Below are positions 35,712-50,300 of a stretch of DNA of 64,000 nt, one piece after another. Position 1 is the first letter of the stretch; each line of letters opens with the position of its first letter. The notes beneath the pieces are model-generated. The model was not told where the DNA came from, did not search any database, and saw nothing but the letters and a program-made list of their open reading frames with translations. Made by a program: the position numbers and the translations under genes. This DNA comes from Vicugna vicugna. Taxonomy: Eukaryota. The stretch spans positions 1,365,860 through 1,429,859 of the forward strand of contig MU062239.1 in NCBI GenBank assembly GCA_013265495.1, given 5' to 3'.

Positions 35712-35743
<32 letters not shown>

Positions 35744-35807
35744 CATATATATTGGCATAAGTATAGCAGTAATTCCACTCAATTGAGAATATGTAAAAGT
35801 AGATACT

Positions 35808-35989
35808 AAAGTCATCCTCTGGAATCTGCAAGGGGATTGGCTCCAGGAGACCCCGTGGATACCAAAATCCACAGATGCCCAAGTCCCTTATACAACATGG
35901 CACAGCACAATGACTGGTAATATTGTCACCCTCCGTATCCAGGGATTCAACCAACTGCAGTTGAAACCTCGGATACAAAGAGCCAACAG
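35808..35989 (+). mobile_element. MER2-like TcMar-Tigger MITE (~180 bp)
   Basis: ggattggctccaggagaccccgtggataccaaaatccacagatgcccaagtcccttata; inverted copy at 54890-55067. Confidence 0.75.
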
Positions 35990-36062
35990 CACTATGAATT
36001 GCAACTCTTCTGTCAAAAATCATTAATTACTACTCAATTCAATGAGGTGCTCGACAACTTAC

Positions 36063-36140
36063 AATTAAGGTAATTTGGGTTGGCCAAACACTGCACAAAT
36101 TCCAACTCCAACTGAAACCGAAGTCGATTTCCAGCATCGT
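36063..36140 (-). CDS. MED31: MED31 exon 2, 78 bp, (D)DAGNRLRFQLELEFVQCLANPNYLN
   Basis: ttttctcctag| acceptor and |gtaagt donor; hallmark RFQLELEFVQCLANPNYL motif. Confidence 0.97.
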
Positions 36141-36986
36141 CTAGGAGAAAAGATAGCAAAAACCATCCAAAATAAACTACTGTATATAATACTGATTTGT
36201 AGCAAGAAAACAGTAGTAAAGACACCTGACTAATGCTGAGATACATTTCCACATAAAAGAAGGGCATGGGTTGGTTTTCCTAAACTGGACGTGGGAGGAG
36301 AAAAACCTTCCTTAGAAGTCTAAGAAAAGCAAAGCCTTGATTAAAAGGAATAACTCAGACGTTTCTCTAAAGTTAAAGAGAAGTCATCAAAGAAAACAAG
36401 AATACACTCGTTTTCATAAGCCACTATGTAGGGATTTTAACAGCGATCACTGGAATAGGTTGTGGTAACTACGCTTTCCCGTATTTTAATAATGTGTTAC
36501 AAGTTGTTAAGCGATTAAGTTAAGCAGAAACAAAGGGAATGAATGCTAAATTCATCAAGAAAAAGTTCAGAATGCAAGCTGAAAGGGACTACGGCGAGTA
36601 CTGAAGATCAAGGAGCGTGTGCTCAGGTGAGTAGCGTCAGTGGCAGACTAATACACAAGTCTGTCGACGATATTGAAAACTTCTGCAAGCTCATATGAGA
36701 CGCAGAAAACACATGGAGGCAGTTTAAGATAAAAATCCTCTCCCTTAGTTTCGCCGAAAGCCGTCGGTGTTTGAATAGCAAGTGAGGAAAAAGGAAATGA
36801 CCACAAACCAAACTCTGAAGAAGCCAAACCACCTGTGCTCTTCCAGACACTAGAAGAGATGCCCCAGTCTGAACTCTCGCCCAGCCGAGAGTTAGGCCTA
36901 GGAGGAGACCCCGGGGAAGCGGAAACAGGTGTCTGAACCCAGGACAGTTCTACTCGCGAAGAAGCGCGGCTCCGGGTGTTACTCAC

Positions 36987-37014
36987 CTGTCTCCATAGCG
37001 ACGGCCGCGGCCAT
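36987..37014 (-). CDS. MED31: MED31 exon 1 coding part, MAAAVAMET
   Basis: ATG at 37014; G|gtgagt donor at 36987/36986. Confidence 0.93.
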
Positions 37015-37834
<820 letters not shown>

Positions 37835-38488
37835 GATGCTTCCTTTCCTGGGGCCCTGAGAGGTCCGTGGCCCTTGGCCAGGGCAGAATTGCAGCCAGTT
37901 CGAAGGCAGCCTGCTGCCAGATGGGCCCATCATCTTTGGTTTCCTGGAAACGGTCCACAAATCAATGTGAGAAAAAGCCAAGATGCGGTTTCGGGATTCA
38001 GCCAACATTCATTGACCCTGCTGCACCTTGGACCATCCTGCCTTTGACCCAATGAACTATTTTAACTTGAAGCCACCGCAAAAAAAGTTTTCAGGCCCTA
38101 GATACTGTGTAAATTGAGTTGATGGACGTAGAGGCTGTTTGAACCTCTGACCCAGGTGAGTTTTGGATTCTTAGCCCCCTGAATGACTTTCGCTGCTTCA
38201 AATTTAGGGACAGGCAGCAAGCCGAAATCATGACTGGTGGAATGATTGTATACCTACCGAAAACTGAGGGGCAAAGAACAGGCTTTTCTTAATTAACTAG
38301 TTGGCTTTTGTTTATGTTTCAGAATAAGCAGTTCTTTGTGCTAAGCCGTTGTGCATGGCAGCCCCAGCCACATATGTTTTAACATAGGCCAAATGTAGGT
38401 CAAAATGAAAAATGAAGGTCCACATCAGGAATCAAGAATAGTCTTAAAAGGGAATCTTGACCTGTGATTCGAGGAGGTGCAGGGGAGG

Positions 38489-39790
38489 AATATTTATTGA
38501 GCACCTACTCTGCGCCAGGCATTATTCTAGCACTGGGGCTACAGCAGTGGCCAAGGCAAATAGGGTCCTGGTGCTTGGGGAGCATACACTCTGGTGAAGA
38601 TGCAGACAACAAATGACAAAATGAGAGTTTTCAGTTGTGACTAACACCATGAAGGAAATAAACAAGTAGTGGGATAGAGAATGTATGTAAGGGGGTTCTT
38701 TAGATAAAATGGTCAGGGAAGGCCTTGCAGTTCAGGCAACATTTGGTCTGGGACTTGTGTAGTGAAGAGTGAACCGTGCAAAGATCTGCGAAGTGCATTC
38801 TAGGTAGAGTAAATAGCAAGTTCAAAGAGTGGAGGGGAGCAAGCTTGGAATGTTCAAGGAGCAGAAAGAAGACCAGTGTGGTTGGAGCTTAGAGAAGGAG
38901 AGTAATATATGGAAGAGAGGATGTTAGAGAAGTAGGCAGTGGCCAGTCCTTAGAGGGTCTTGAAAGCCACCATAAGGAGCTTGAGTTTTATTTTAAGGCC
39001 GAAGGGAAGACATTAGGAGGGTTTTCAGCATGGGAGTGACATGATGCAATTTGTATTTTTAAAATATCCTAGTTCTTGTGTGTAGAATGTGGTAGTTCTC
39101 GACCAAGGGTGATTTTTAGCCCCCAAGGAACATTTGACAATGTCTGTAGACTTTTTTGTCACAATTTGGGGGGTGGGAGAGGATGCCATTGACATCTAGT
39201 GAGTGGAGACCAGAGATGCTGCTAAGCATCCTAAAATGTGCAAGACAGCTACACACACACACACACACACACCCTCCCCCCAAAAGGACTGGAGACTTAG
39301 TCTAAAATGTCAGTAGTGTGAGGCTGAGAACCCCTGATGTAAGAGGCAAGAGAGGAAGCAGGAACTCATTAGAAAGCTAATGCCATGGTCCAGTAAGAGT
39401 TGACAGTGGCTGTACTAGGGTGGCAGAAGTGGAGCTGGAGAAGAGGGAGCAGATTAGGGGTGTGTTCTGGAGGCGGAGCTGACATGACTGATGGATAAGA
39501 AAGGTGAGGGAAGAGGAATAATAGAGAATCAAGGATGACTTCTGAGTTTTGGTTTGAGCAGTTTGGTGTACGGTGGTGCCATTTACTAGGGGGAGAAATA
39601 CTAAGGGAAGATCAGCTTCAGGAGGGAAAATCAGTTCTATTTTGGCCTTATTGAATTTCAGGTGCTATCAAGTACCCAAGTAGACTGAGTGGCAGCTGAA
39701 AGCAAGAGGCTGGCTACCGTAAGAGAGGAGAGGATTGGAAATATAAAATGTGGGGTCATCAGGACATAGATGGTATTTAAAGCCAGAGGA
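38489..39790 (-). mobile_element. L2 LINE 3' region, interrupted by MER20
   Basis: tatttattgagcacctactctgcgccaggcattattctagcactgggg is the reverse complement of the L2 3' end. Confidence 0.8.
39090..39336. mobile_element. MER20 (hAT-Charlie)
   Basis: gttctc ... acatttgacaatgtctgtagac ... gatgctgctaagcatcct ... aaaatgtcagtagtgtgaggctgagaacccctg; internal (CA)n. Confidence 0.8.
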
Positions 39791-40190
39791 CTGAACGACA
39801 ATCGTCTGCCAGTCTATCTCCCTCATTTTATGCCCCATGAGTGAATTTGAGATCTTGTTCTCCAGGGAGCACCAGCTGGATAAACACCTCTTCCCCTTCT
39901 GTCACCCCCACAGGATCTGCCTTGACCTACCCAACTTCTCCTTGCCTGTAGACCTTTGGTAGGCACCAATAAGGGAGAAAATTTGCACTGAAGTGTGATG
40001 CAGATGCTTCAGAAAACTTGACTTTCACAGGCAATGTTACACTGTTCCCGGGAAGTAGGCCTTAAAGGTCCAAAGTTCAAATTTTGGGGGTTTTGGGAGG
40101 GGTTTGGGGGGGGTTGGCATGGATATCAATGTGTAGTCCTAGTCCCAGGTTCTCCTGGGGTGGCTGAAGAACAGCTAAATTGATCTATAA

Positions 40191-40419
40191 CAGTTGGTTC
40201 TCAACCCAAGGCAGTTTTGCCCGGCAGGGGACGCTTGGCAATGTCTGGAGGTATTTCTGTCACAACCTTGGGGGTTGGATGCTAATGACATCTGGTGGGT
40301 GAAGACCAGGGATGCCACTAAACATCCTACCATGCACAGGGTCATGTCCCCACCGGACCGCCAACAACAAAGAATCACTTGGCCCAAAATGTCAATAGTA
40401 CCAAGGTTGAAAAACCCTG
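40191..40419. mobile_element. MER20 (hAT-Charlie)
   Basis: cagttggttctcaacc ... ttggcaatgtctggag ... gatgccactaaacatcctaccatgcacagg ... ggcccaaaatgtcaatagtaccaaggttgaaaaaccctg. Confidence 0.85.
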
Positions 40420-40579
40420 AAGATTCTAGCAGCTTAGAAAGCTAGAGCATGGCCCATTAGGGGAAGCACCCCACTTCGTAGCAGATTTGCTGTGGGAAAG
40501 GCGTAGTGGCCTCGGTCAGATGTCGGGGCAGGAGCTCTCAGAGGGGAAAGATAATGTTGTTTTTTGAGGAGACCTTACA

Positions 40580-41400
40580 CCCCTGCTTTCAACAATATGT
40601 GATATTTACCCCAGCTTTCTTTTGACTATTATTAGAACAGTGCATCTTTTTCTAACCTATTTGTGTCTTTATATTCAAAATTAATTTGTTGTTAGTATTA
40701 TATAGTTGGATCTTGTTTTTTTTAACTTAATAATTTCTGCCTTTTAATTGGGCTGTTTAGACAATTTATATTTTCTGTGGTTATTGATGTGGCTGGATTT
40801 AAATCTACCATCTAGCTGTTTGTTTTCTATTTGTTCCCTCTGGTCTTTGTTCCCTTTTCTTTTTTTTTTTTTAAGATTAATTTAGTATTCTTAATTATTC
40901 CATTTTATCTCCTTTGTTGGCTTACTCATTCTTTTTTACTTTAGTAGTTTTCATGAGGCTTTATAGTATACATTTTTAAGTTATCATCTTCCACCTTAAT
41001 GTGATATTGTACGACTTGACACACACTATAAGAATCCTACAAGAGTATCCTTCTGTTTTTCTTGGCCTTTTTGCTCTTGTTTTCGTACGTTTTACTTATA
41101 CATGTTGCAAACGGCACAGTACATTGTTAGCATATTTGCTTTTAAACAGTTGATTGTCTTTAAAAGAAATTTAAGTGATAACTTTTGAAAGCTTTTTATA
41201 TTTAGCCTCATAGTTAGCATTTTGGGTGCTTTCCTGTGTGTAAACCAGATTTCCACCTGGCAACATTTTCCTTCTGCTTAAAAGACTTCCTTAATCATTT
41301 CTTCTAGTGCAGGTTTGCTGGTGATGGATTCTCTTAGTTTTTGTATGTCCAGTAAAATCTTGATTTTGCCCTCATTTTTGAAATATATTTTGAGAGTCAT
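40580..41400 (-). mobile_element. Old L1 fragment, reverse orientation
   Basis: T-rich; motifs tttctgccttttaattggg, tttcttctagtgcaggtttgctggtgatggattctcttagtttttg. Confidence 0.7.
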
Positions 41401-43899
41401 CAGTCAAATCTAATCCCATCAGTCGAATCTAATCCCTTTGTTTTACTTACTGAGGAAACAGGCCTAGAGTAAGAGCATTTTGCCAGTTACGCAGCATTTG
41501 GCCCCACCTGCAATGGCACTGCTCGCTCCGGTCTCCCAGAACAGCAAAGATTTCTCCACTGGAAACTCACGCGTTTAGATGTCAATGGCCTGTCCGTGTT
41601 CCCCTTTACAGATACCAGAGGAGAGGGCTGAAGTCATTAAGTTGCTCTTTAGTGTGTTTTTTAAATCAGATTCCTTTACCAGATCCAGGGCCACTTCATC
41701 CGTTAGGCACGGCAGGTTGTAAACCTAGGGGCTGTGAACTTCGTAGGGGGCTGCAAAAGTGGTTGTAGTTTGAAAAATTCATTGACTTCAAAATACAGAA
41801 AGAAAACAACAAAATTGAAATTAGTAAGTTTCAAGATGCACACATTGTAATATGTGTGATATGATATGGACCAGGACCTTCAGAAATAAGGGTGTCTAAG
41901 ACCCAGGTCTTAAAGTGGCTCTGCCAAGGTCATGATAAACTGACATCTGGGCTCTGGGTGAGATGACAGGGTGGGGGCTCTCTCTAAAAGTGATAAGACT
42001 GGTAGACTTTGTTTCCTTTTTCCCCTCCTGTGACCAGACTGACCTTCCCACTAACTGAGGAACTAGACCTCGGATAAGTGAATTCACCTCTCTGGGCCTC
42101 ACTGCGCCCACTGAAAATGAGATGTTTGGACTAATCTGTAGATCTAAGATTCCCAAGACAAGGAATGCAGACACTACTGCTGTGCAAGATGATTTTAGAA
42201 GGTATGGAAACATTTTTTATTTTGATAATTAAATGTTTTCTTTCGTGTATATTAGATTAAAAAAATGCACCTAGCCCTCAAACTTGCTGCTTCCTCAGTA
42301 TTTGACCTTGACTATAGTAGGCATTTTTAAATGTTTAAATGAATTGATTCAAAGAAAAAATAATCAAGTTCTCCGTAAACAGTTGGCCTTGGGTGTGGCC
42401 AGAGGTTCGAAAGTGATGTGGAACACACTGACTGACATTTGGGAAATAAGGTACTAATTTAGTTCCCTAAGTGAAGGTTTTTTGAACTCCAGGAGAAAGC
42501 CTGATTATAATTAGCATTTTTCTTATTAATGAAGTAAAAAATAAAATGTATAGAATATATAAGAGTGTCCACACATAGTAAAGGTAAGAATTGCTTTGTG
42601 AAACTTTTGTGTATGTCACAGTATAAAATAAGTTAATACTGGGAGTCACTGTGGAAAGTTGGAGAAAAGTGCCTCCTCTGAGTCGGTGACCATCTCTGAG
42701 TTTGTGCCATGACAGATGGTAGACAGCAGAGGTCAGACGGTCCCCACGCGGCTGCAAGGGCTGAGCCTTAACTGAGCAGAAATCTCAGAGGCATGCCAAG
42801 TAGACAGAGGCCTGAGGCCAGGCCTGAGGTGACAACTGTCAGGAAACCCGCTCTTTTGCCTTCAAGGGTGACCACTTCTGAGAGAGATCAGAGTACCCTG
42901 GTCCTCCCCTGGGCACTCAAGGGGGCACAGCCCCAGCCACTTTCCATTCTCCTTCCCCATACTGAATTCTTGTCTCTGGCCTTTCAGAACACCCTGGGGA
43001 TACTTCAGTGCCTAGTGTCTCTCAGACCGAGCCCTGTGATTCAGGACTGGGCCCTAGCCATGTTCATCTGGGAAAAACCTAAGCATCTTCATGTGACGTG
43101 CCCACCTTGATTTAAGGGAGAACGCTCATGTTTCACGTTCCCTTCCAAAAGGAACCTTGCTGTCTGAGCGCAGCGAACACGCACTGAGCACTCGTTTTCC
43201 CCCAGGCACTGTTCAGCGCACTCAGGCCTTCCTCACGTCTGCATTAGGTAGATCAGGACACTGGGACACAGAGAGGTTAAGTGACTTGCACCGGGTTACT
43301 AGCTAGGAAGAAGGGGAGCCAAGATTCAAACCCAGAGCTTGTGCTCTAAACCACTGGCTTCTGCTGGTCCAAGAGGACTAGAGATCTATTCTGCTATGTG
43401 TTGTATATACTTCAAAGGATCATGAGGGGGTAGTTTGTCCAGAGAAATCCTGGAGGCCATCAGAAGAGCCTGGCCTTCAGTTCTTGGGCATCTCTACCAC
43501 TAGGTCGCTCTGGACCCCCTGAGCCACAGCCACTTTGTGCTTGTACTCTCTCCTGGAAGCACGTTTTTTGTGACCTAGTTCCAAGTTCTGCTGGGAATCC
43601 AACACCACTCCCTGGAGGAACAGGAGGAGGAACATAGGCATGGGAGTTGGTGAAACCAAAGCAGCTGCAGGACTTGGTGTTCTGTGAGCACGATGCAGCA
43701 GGTGTCACACGACCCAGCGGGCACTTCTGGATGAGGGTGTGACATGTACCAGCACTCTGTCAAGGGCATTAGTGTGCAGGGCCTGCATCCAGTCCTGAGA
43801 CCTTTAACTCATGGCCAGAGCCTGGCTGTGATGCAAGAGATGCTATAATTTCCTGGAGCCCAGGAGCCAGCGTCAGGAGCAGGCCTGGCTCCTCACTGC

Positions 43900-44366
43900 C
43901 TCTCTGATCTCACCTCCTACCCTTGACCGCCAGCCCCAGTTCCTTTCCATCTTGTTTGTCTTCATGCTAATCCTTAAATATGCCATTTATTCCTGCCTCA
44001 GGGCCTTTGTACTTTCCATGTATGTTGCCTAGAATGTTTTTCCCCAGATTTTTAAATGATTTGCCTCTTCACATCATTTAAGCATGAAATAAAATATGAA
44101 TTTTACTGATTAAATACCTGCCTTCCTCCCTGATCCTCCATCACCCTTAGCCCCTAATCTTTATTTCACAATTTTCCATAGCACCTTCCACAATGTGAAT
44201 TTATTTGATTTGCTGCATGTTTACTGTCTGTGTTCCCCACTGGAAGGGCAAGGACCCTGACTTGTTTGTCACTATATGCCCAAAAGCATATGATAGTACC
44301 TAGCACAGAGGAGGTGTGCAATAAGTGTTTGTGGTACATGTGACTGAATCAATGAATGAACAGTCG
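43900..44366 (+). mobile_element. L2 LINE 3' end
   Basis: cctgcctcagggcctttgtac ... cctagcacagaggaggtgtgcaataagtgtttg ... tgaatcaatgaatgaa. Confidence 0.75.
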
Positions 44367-45530
44367 GGATGCACCTCAGGACCCTCAGCATTTGGGCTTA
44401 GACTGAGGCTGCCTCTGCGCTCTGCCCGTCTGGGCAGGATCGGCCGGGGCTGAGCCAAGGTCTTGGCAGGCTCAAGGGTAAGGAGCTGGGGGAGGCCTAG
44501 GTGGCTTCTCCCACCTGTCCTTGGCCCTCTGATGTTCCTTCTGCCAGGTAAAGTCGTGCCTGTCCTCAAAGCCCTGCTCCATTGCCACCTCCCCTTGCCT
44601 AGTCCTGCACACCATCCTGAGCCCACTTCCAAGTGTTCTCACTCCCCACTGCTGCTGCCTCTTCTGACAGCACCCCATGTGACTGCTCTTTGAATTGCTC
44701 CTCATTGATTACTCCTGTCTCTCTCTCCCATGAGATTGGAAAAACATCAAGGGCAGGGACAATCATGAAGCCTCTTTGTGTTCAGTAACTCTGCACGGAC
44801 CGAATGAACAAGGTTAGGTTTGTCTGGACCAGGCATGGTCACTGAATGTTCTTGGCCCCTGTAGGGCAGGGCATCCCCTGACAGTAAGCAAGTACATGGG
44901 GTGTAGCTTCTCCAGAGCATGAGTGAGGGCACATTTGGAAAGTCAGACAGGTTTTGAATAAAGGCAGAATTGTTCCGTGACGCTTGCTCACTCATGTACT
45001 ATGTGGTCTTTTCTCCTTCTCCTTTTTGTTCACCCACAATATACTGAGTTCCTACTCAGTGCCAGCTTCTGTGAGCTAGGGGAAGACATAAACTGGACGA
45101 TTCAAGTTCAGAATCAGATCTGTGCCTGCTGTTGGGGCAGGCCAGGAGGGGGTGACCCCATGGTCCCTGCTCCCTTTGCCTTCAATCTGTTGCAAGTTGC
45201 TTTCACCCCGTGATGCTTCAGTCGGGAGTCCAGACTTCAGCTGACTTAAATGGATTACTGTGCTTGCAAATAGCAAGACACTTCAGAGCCTGCAAAATCA
45301 CTTTATCCCTTTTCTTAAATGAGGATCTAACTCCACCATACCTCTTCTGGTTTGGCTTTTTGGGGTACGACCTTGGAGTGACTCAGTAGGCATCACCCAG
45401 ACTCCCCGGGGCCACCAGAGTAAGCTGGCCAGGTGGGCAGGCTCGGTTGTGACTGTCTCCCAACCAGTCTGAGGTCGTGGTTGGAGAGTTCCAGACAGGG
45501 AGCGGCAGGGCAGGTCCCTAGGGAAGACAG

Positions 45531-45532
<2 letters not shown>

Positions 45533-45571
<39 letters not shown>
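45533..45571. repeat. (GT)19 microsatellite (other dinucleotide/tetranucleotide tracts near 17508, 35725, 39250, 47256)
   Basis: Direct reading. Confidence 0.95.
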
Positions 45572-45573
<2 letters not shown>

Positions 45574-47124
45574 ACCAGCTGGGAGTCAAGAACCACTGTT
45601 CACCAGAAGGGTGGGGCCACCGGAGCATCCAGCTGGCTGTCTTATATAATTACTAAGTTTTATGTACAAGTAGTTTTATTTTCTATTTACACATAGCATA
45701 AGGATCTTTAAATCTTATTACATAGTCTCCATCTTCCCTATTTGTAAAAATAGTCACAGTGGCCATACTATAGCGTGTGGGACGTAACAGATAGCACCTC
45801 ACTCATCTTTTATGAACAAACCTGTTATTTTTCTGTTGAATTACTTCCTTGCAACCCATTCCCAGGTGTGGAATTACCACGTGAAAGGGGATGAACATTT
45901 TAGTAGCTCTGGAGCCGTACTGCCCAATTTCTTCCTTTAAAGGCCGTGCTAATTTCCCAGGCCCCTGGCAGTGTTTTTAAGCTGGTTTTACCACAGCCTC
46001 AAGAGTGTGAGATGGTATCATTTTGTTAACGTGTGCTAATTTAGTAGGTGTGGAGGCTGCTCTAACGTGCATTTCCCTGACTGCGGCGAGGATGAGCGTG
46101 GTGCCGGTGTTGGTCTCCTCCCTGTAGTTCACCCTTGGCCATGGCCTGCCTGTTGCGTTGCAGCCCCTGTGTCACAGCCTGTCTCTCTCCCCCTCTCTGC
46201 CTCTCACTGACTGCGTGTCGTCCTCACTCTTTCTTCAAGCCTGTCTGTCTGTCTTGGTCTTTCAGCTTCTAAAACCTGTCTTTCTCAGGTTTCTAACCGG
46301 GCAGACACGTGGCTGGTTCACGGAGGTCCTGGAAGAGCCCTGACAAGCTGCCAGCTGGACCTGGACACTGGACACTGGCTTCTAAGGCCTCCTTCCCCAG
46401 GGAACTCATTCGGGGCCCTTCCTTGCAGCAGGGGCTCATCAGGAGCCCTTTCCATCTCTCCAGGTGTCCTCATCCCAGGAAATGGCTGGGAATGACCAGT
46501 CTGGGAATGACCTCCAACAGTGTGTTCCAGGCTCTCCATACTCAGGACAACTTGCCAGACGGACCTGCATGTCCTGGCAGTTGGCAGTGCGTGGTCTGAC
46601 AGAACCAATGAGTGGGGTCCCCAAAGTCCAGATGTGCGGCAGTAGGCGGGCCCACAGCAGTGACAGCAGCTTGGCTTGTCTTCCTGCTCCAACAAGTCCC
46701 TTGGTTGAAGTGGCAGAAAGAGCTCACCTCTCAGATGGAAAACCCACTTGGCCCGGGTGAATAGGGAGCCCCCAGTGCTCTGTAGTGTGGTAGGGACAGC
46801 GGGGGCTGGCACACTGCTCCACTTCAATGGCCATGAAGGTTCTTGGATGCTTGGGAAGATTTCAGAAGGGCAGCTGACCTCAAGGGAAGTCTTGTGAACC
46901 CCAGTGGTTGGTGAGTTGCTGACTCCAGGCACTGGACCCGTCACTGCTTGTCACTGAGGCAGACGGTCCTTCAGAGTTTGAACCTTTACATTACCTCCCA
47001 GACTCCCTGGATGGTTCTAGCACGTAAGAGATTGTTAAAAGCCAGATGGGAACTCAGACATCAAGTTCTGTCCTTTCATTTAATAGTTTTAACACTCAGC
47101 TCCTTTAAAAATGATTATTGTAGT

Positions 47125-47310
47125 GGGGAGGGTATAGCTCAAAGTGGCAGAGCACATGCTTAGCATGCACAAGGTCCTAGGTTCAATCCCCAGCACCTCC
47201 TCTTAAAAAAAAAAAAAGGAAATAAATAAATAAACCTGATTACTTCCTTCCCCCTGACACACACACACACGCACACATGCACACATGCACACGCACACGC
47301 ACAAGCAAAC
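47125..47310 (+). mobile_element. tRNA-derived camelid SINE (Vic-1-like) with (CA)-expanded tail
   Basis: A/B-box head; 16 bp TSD aaaaatgattat(t/g)gta at 47107-47122 and 47311-47326. Confidence 0.9.
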
Positions 47311-50300
47311 AAAAATGATTATGGTATAAGAAATGCATGCCCATTCTAAAATATTTAGAAAATACAGAAAACAAAGAAGAAAATACACTACTATAGATTC
47401 ACCAAAGGTAACTGCTGTTACATTTCCATCTCAGTGTTTTTTCTGTGGTTGTATGTATTTTTATTATCACTGAGATCATATAGTATATGTAATTTGTATC
47501 TGTTTTATTCACTTTAAATTAGATTATAAGCATTTTCAACATAGTGAAATGTTCTTCATAAACACTTTAAGCGACTGCGTAGAAGTTTTGAGTGGACCCA
47601 CCATAAATACTGTCACCCGAATGTTGGGCATTTTTCAGTTGCTCAAGAATATAAAACCACACTGAAGTCACCATCTTTTAAATATAAATCTTTGTCCATA
47701 ATTTGAATTTTCTCTTAGATTAGATTCATAGTTACAGGGTATAAACATGTTCTTAGTCTTTCCAGAAAGATTTGCTTTCCAGAAAGATTGAACTGATAAC
47801 ACGCCTATCTCACCACACACAACTACACGAAGAAATAGCACTTTAAAAAACATTTACTGATTTGAAAGGCAGTGAGACTATTGCTTCCTTTTAATAGGTA
47901 AACTGAGACTTGGTGAGGGAAAGGGATGTGCCTGGGGTCACCCTAGGAGAGTGTTGCCTCGTTCCATGCTCACACAGCCTATGATCACGGGGGAGCTAAG
48001 GCGCACGGATGACATAACCTGCCCAGACTCACATCAGCTCCTGAGTTGGGGAGCCTGAGTTTAATCCCCACGGTCAGAACCCGAGGTCTTTTACCTCTGT
48101 TCCGTACTTCACCTCTCTTCTATAGCTGCTGTTTGTCCCCAGATAGGCTGCTAAAAGGTGGTCTGGGGTCAAGACCTGAAAGAACTCAGGGTTTGGATTT
48201 ACTCTCTAGACAGTGGAGTGCCATTAATGGGTTCTTAAGCCTCAAGACTGTTTTACAAAGATGTTTCTGGTGGACTGGCTGGGGGGAGCCGGAGATAGGG
48301 CGGCCAGCTGGGGAGATGCGGCATACAGATAGCGTGCACAGCCCCATGCGCATGTGTGCTTGTGGTTTGCGGGCCGTGGGCAGTCAGGAACATTAGGGGT
48401 CTGGGGAGGCCTCCTGCCATGCCCTTTTCCCTGGGCAAGGGCCATTTTTATCTGCTACACGTCAGGCAGAACGTGTGCCAACTGCCAAAGACTCCACCTC
48501 AAATCTAGCAAATAAGAGAGAGGACGGTATGGATTACGTTATATTTAAAACAAGCCCACACAATGCCTGTAATTTTTTATCCTGACACCATAATTATAGC
48601 TCAAGACCAGTCAGATCATAGTTATCCCCACACCGACCCGCTGTTGAGACACATTGAATTAAAGGCTTTGCTGCTCCTCCAGATTCTATTTTAGATGCCA
48701 AGCACTGGCAGGTAACTGGCCTTTCACAAGGCCTGTCTTGGTGGAGCCCCTCCCAGGGCAGCCTGCACAAAGGCCAGGTCAGCACCAGGCTCTGGAAAAG
48801 ACCACCAATGCTTGGGATGCTTTGCCCAGCCTGAGCCTCGGGCCTGAGCCAGCGATATGGGGAGCTGAGGAAGCATCATCCTTGGAGCAGACCAGCCTCC
48901 CTTGGTCAGCCTGATCTCAGAGCCTCTGCACTCTAGAAGATTCCTGGATGCTGCTGTCCCCAAGACCGTGACCAGGGTCCCAGGGCCAGACAGGCCAAGA
49001 GCTGGCTGTGGGGCACAGTTGTCCCAGACAGGCTGGCATTGCCCAAAGGGGCCTAATTCAAAAAAGAGGAGAAAAAGAAAATCAGAGGCGCACAAGCCAG
49101 CCAGGCTTACAGAGACAGACCCTGCGACTAACCAGGCCTGGGTCAACGAAGGCCCCCATCCTGGTGGGCTGTGCCCCCTCCCTGTCCTGGGATCCACCGA
49201 AGAACACCACCTCTCAGCCCTAGGAAGACGCCCCTGACAGAGCTAGAGTGAAGCTGGGTCCCTGCCCACAGACCTGGAGCCCCACTGCCCCTTCCCCCAC
49301 GTGGCCCCCACACCCAGTCGGCCTCTGGGTAGTGCCATGGGGGAGACAGACTAGCTCCCGTTTATCTGTAAACTGCAGGACTGGGCTCTGTTAGATGCCT
49401 TCACATGTCCCATCCCATCTGTTCACGTCACCCCTGCCAAGTAGATGTGACTAGTGTTACCATAATTTCCCCTTTAGACGCAAGGAGATGGCGCTCAGAG
49501 AGGTAAAGTGTGGGGCTCCAGGCCACCCAGCCCATATGTGAAGAAGTGAGAGCTGGAACCCAGTTGTCCAGACTCCTCCAGACCACATGGCTCAGCCACA
49601 GGCTGCTTGCCTGAAACCACCAGGCCTGCTCCCACCTGCTGCTCAGTGGTCTCACGCCCCCAGGCAGCTCACTGAGTCCTTGGGCCTGAGAAAGCGCAGT
49701 CCCAGTTCCTGCCTCAGCACAGCCCTCCTGCTGCGCACAGCCCCCCCTGCCTCGGCCAGCTCCCTGCGCAGACCCTTGCTCCCGTGTCCCCACATAGAAC
49801 GGAGGGGTCCTTCCTCTGGCCTTTGATGCGTCTTGCACACACTTCAGTTTTAACATTTAAGACATTCTTGTCCCCATTCACATGACTTCCCCTACTAGAC
49901 TTCTCAGAGCAGAGCCTGTGTGCTGTCTCTCTGCTACTAGTTTAACACCCGGCACATAGTGGCTGCTTACTATTGTTGCAAGAAAAAAGGAGAGTCTGAA
50001 AAGCTATTCATCCTTCAAAACTGCTTGGGATAGATCCTGAGAAGCCTCTCCTGAGTCACACAGAGTGAGTGGACCCCGTCCACTCGTATACAATCAGAGG
50101 AAGAACTGTTTACTTCGGTCCACCCTTGGGGCCAGGGACAGAACCTGGTTCTTCCCTGTGACCCCACCTCACAGCACTGACCAGGCATCCTTCAGGGGTT
50201 GGTAAATGTAGAACTGAATTGCTCTTTGCTTCAGAGACCCAGATCAAGGGCCCCGTGACCTGAACCAGCTAGACGCCTCAGCCACCAGGCTGAAAACCAC

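Noticed and set aside
36989-37002. Second X-box-like sequence GTCTCCATAGCGAC
   Set aside because: Degenerate and explained by MED31 codons V-A-M-E-T
43440-43790. Exon-like block with overlapping short ORFs
   Set aside because: Stops in all frames, no splice pair, no recognisable homolog
48902-49237. 111 aa ORF with NLS-like KKRRKRK
   Set aside because: Non-ATG start and the basic run comes from a short A/G-rich tract; no other coding evidence
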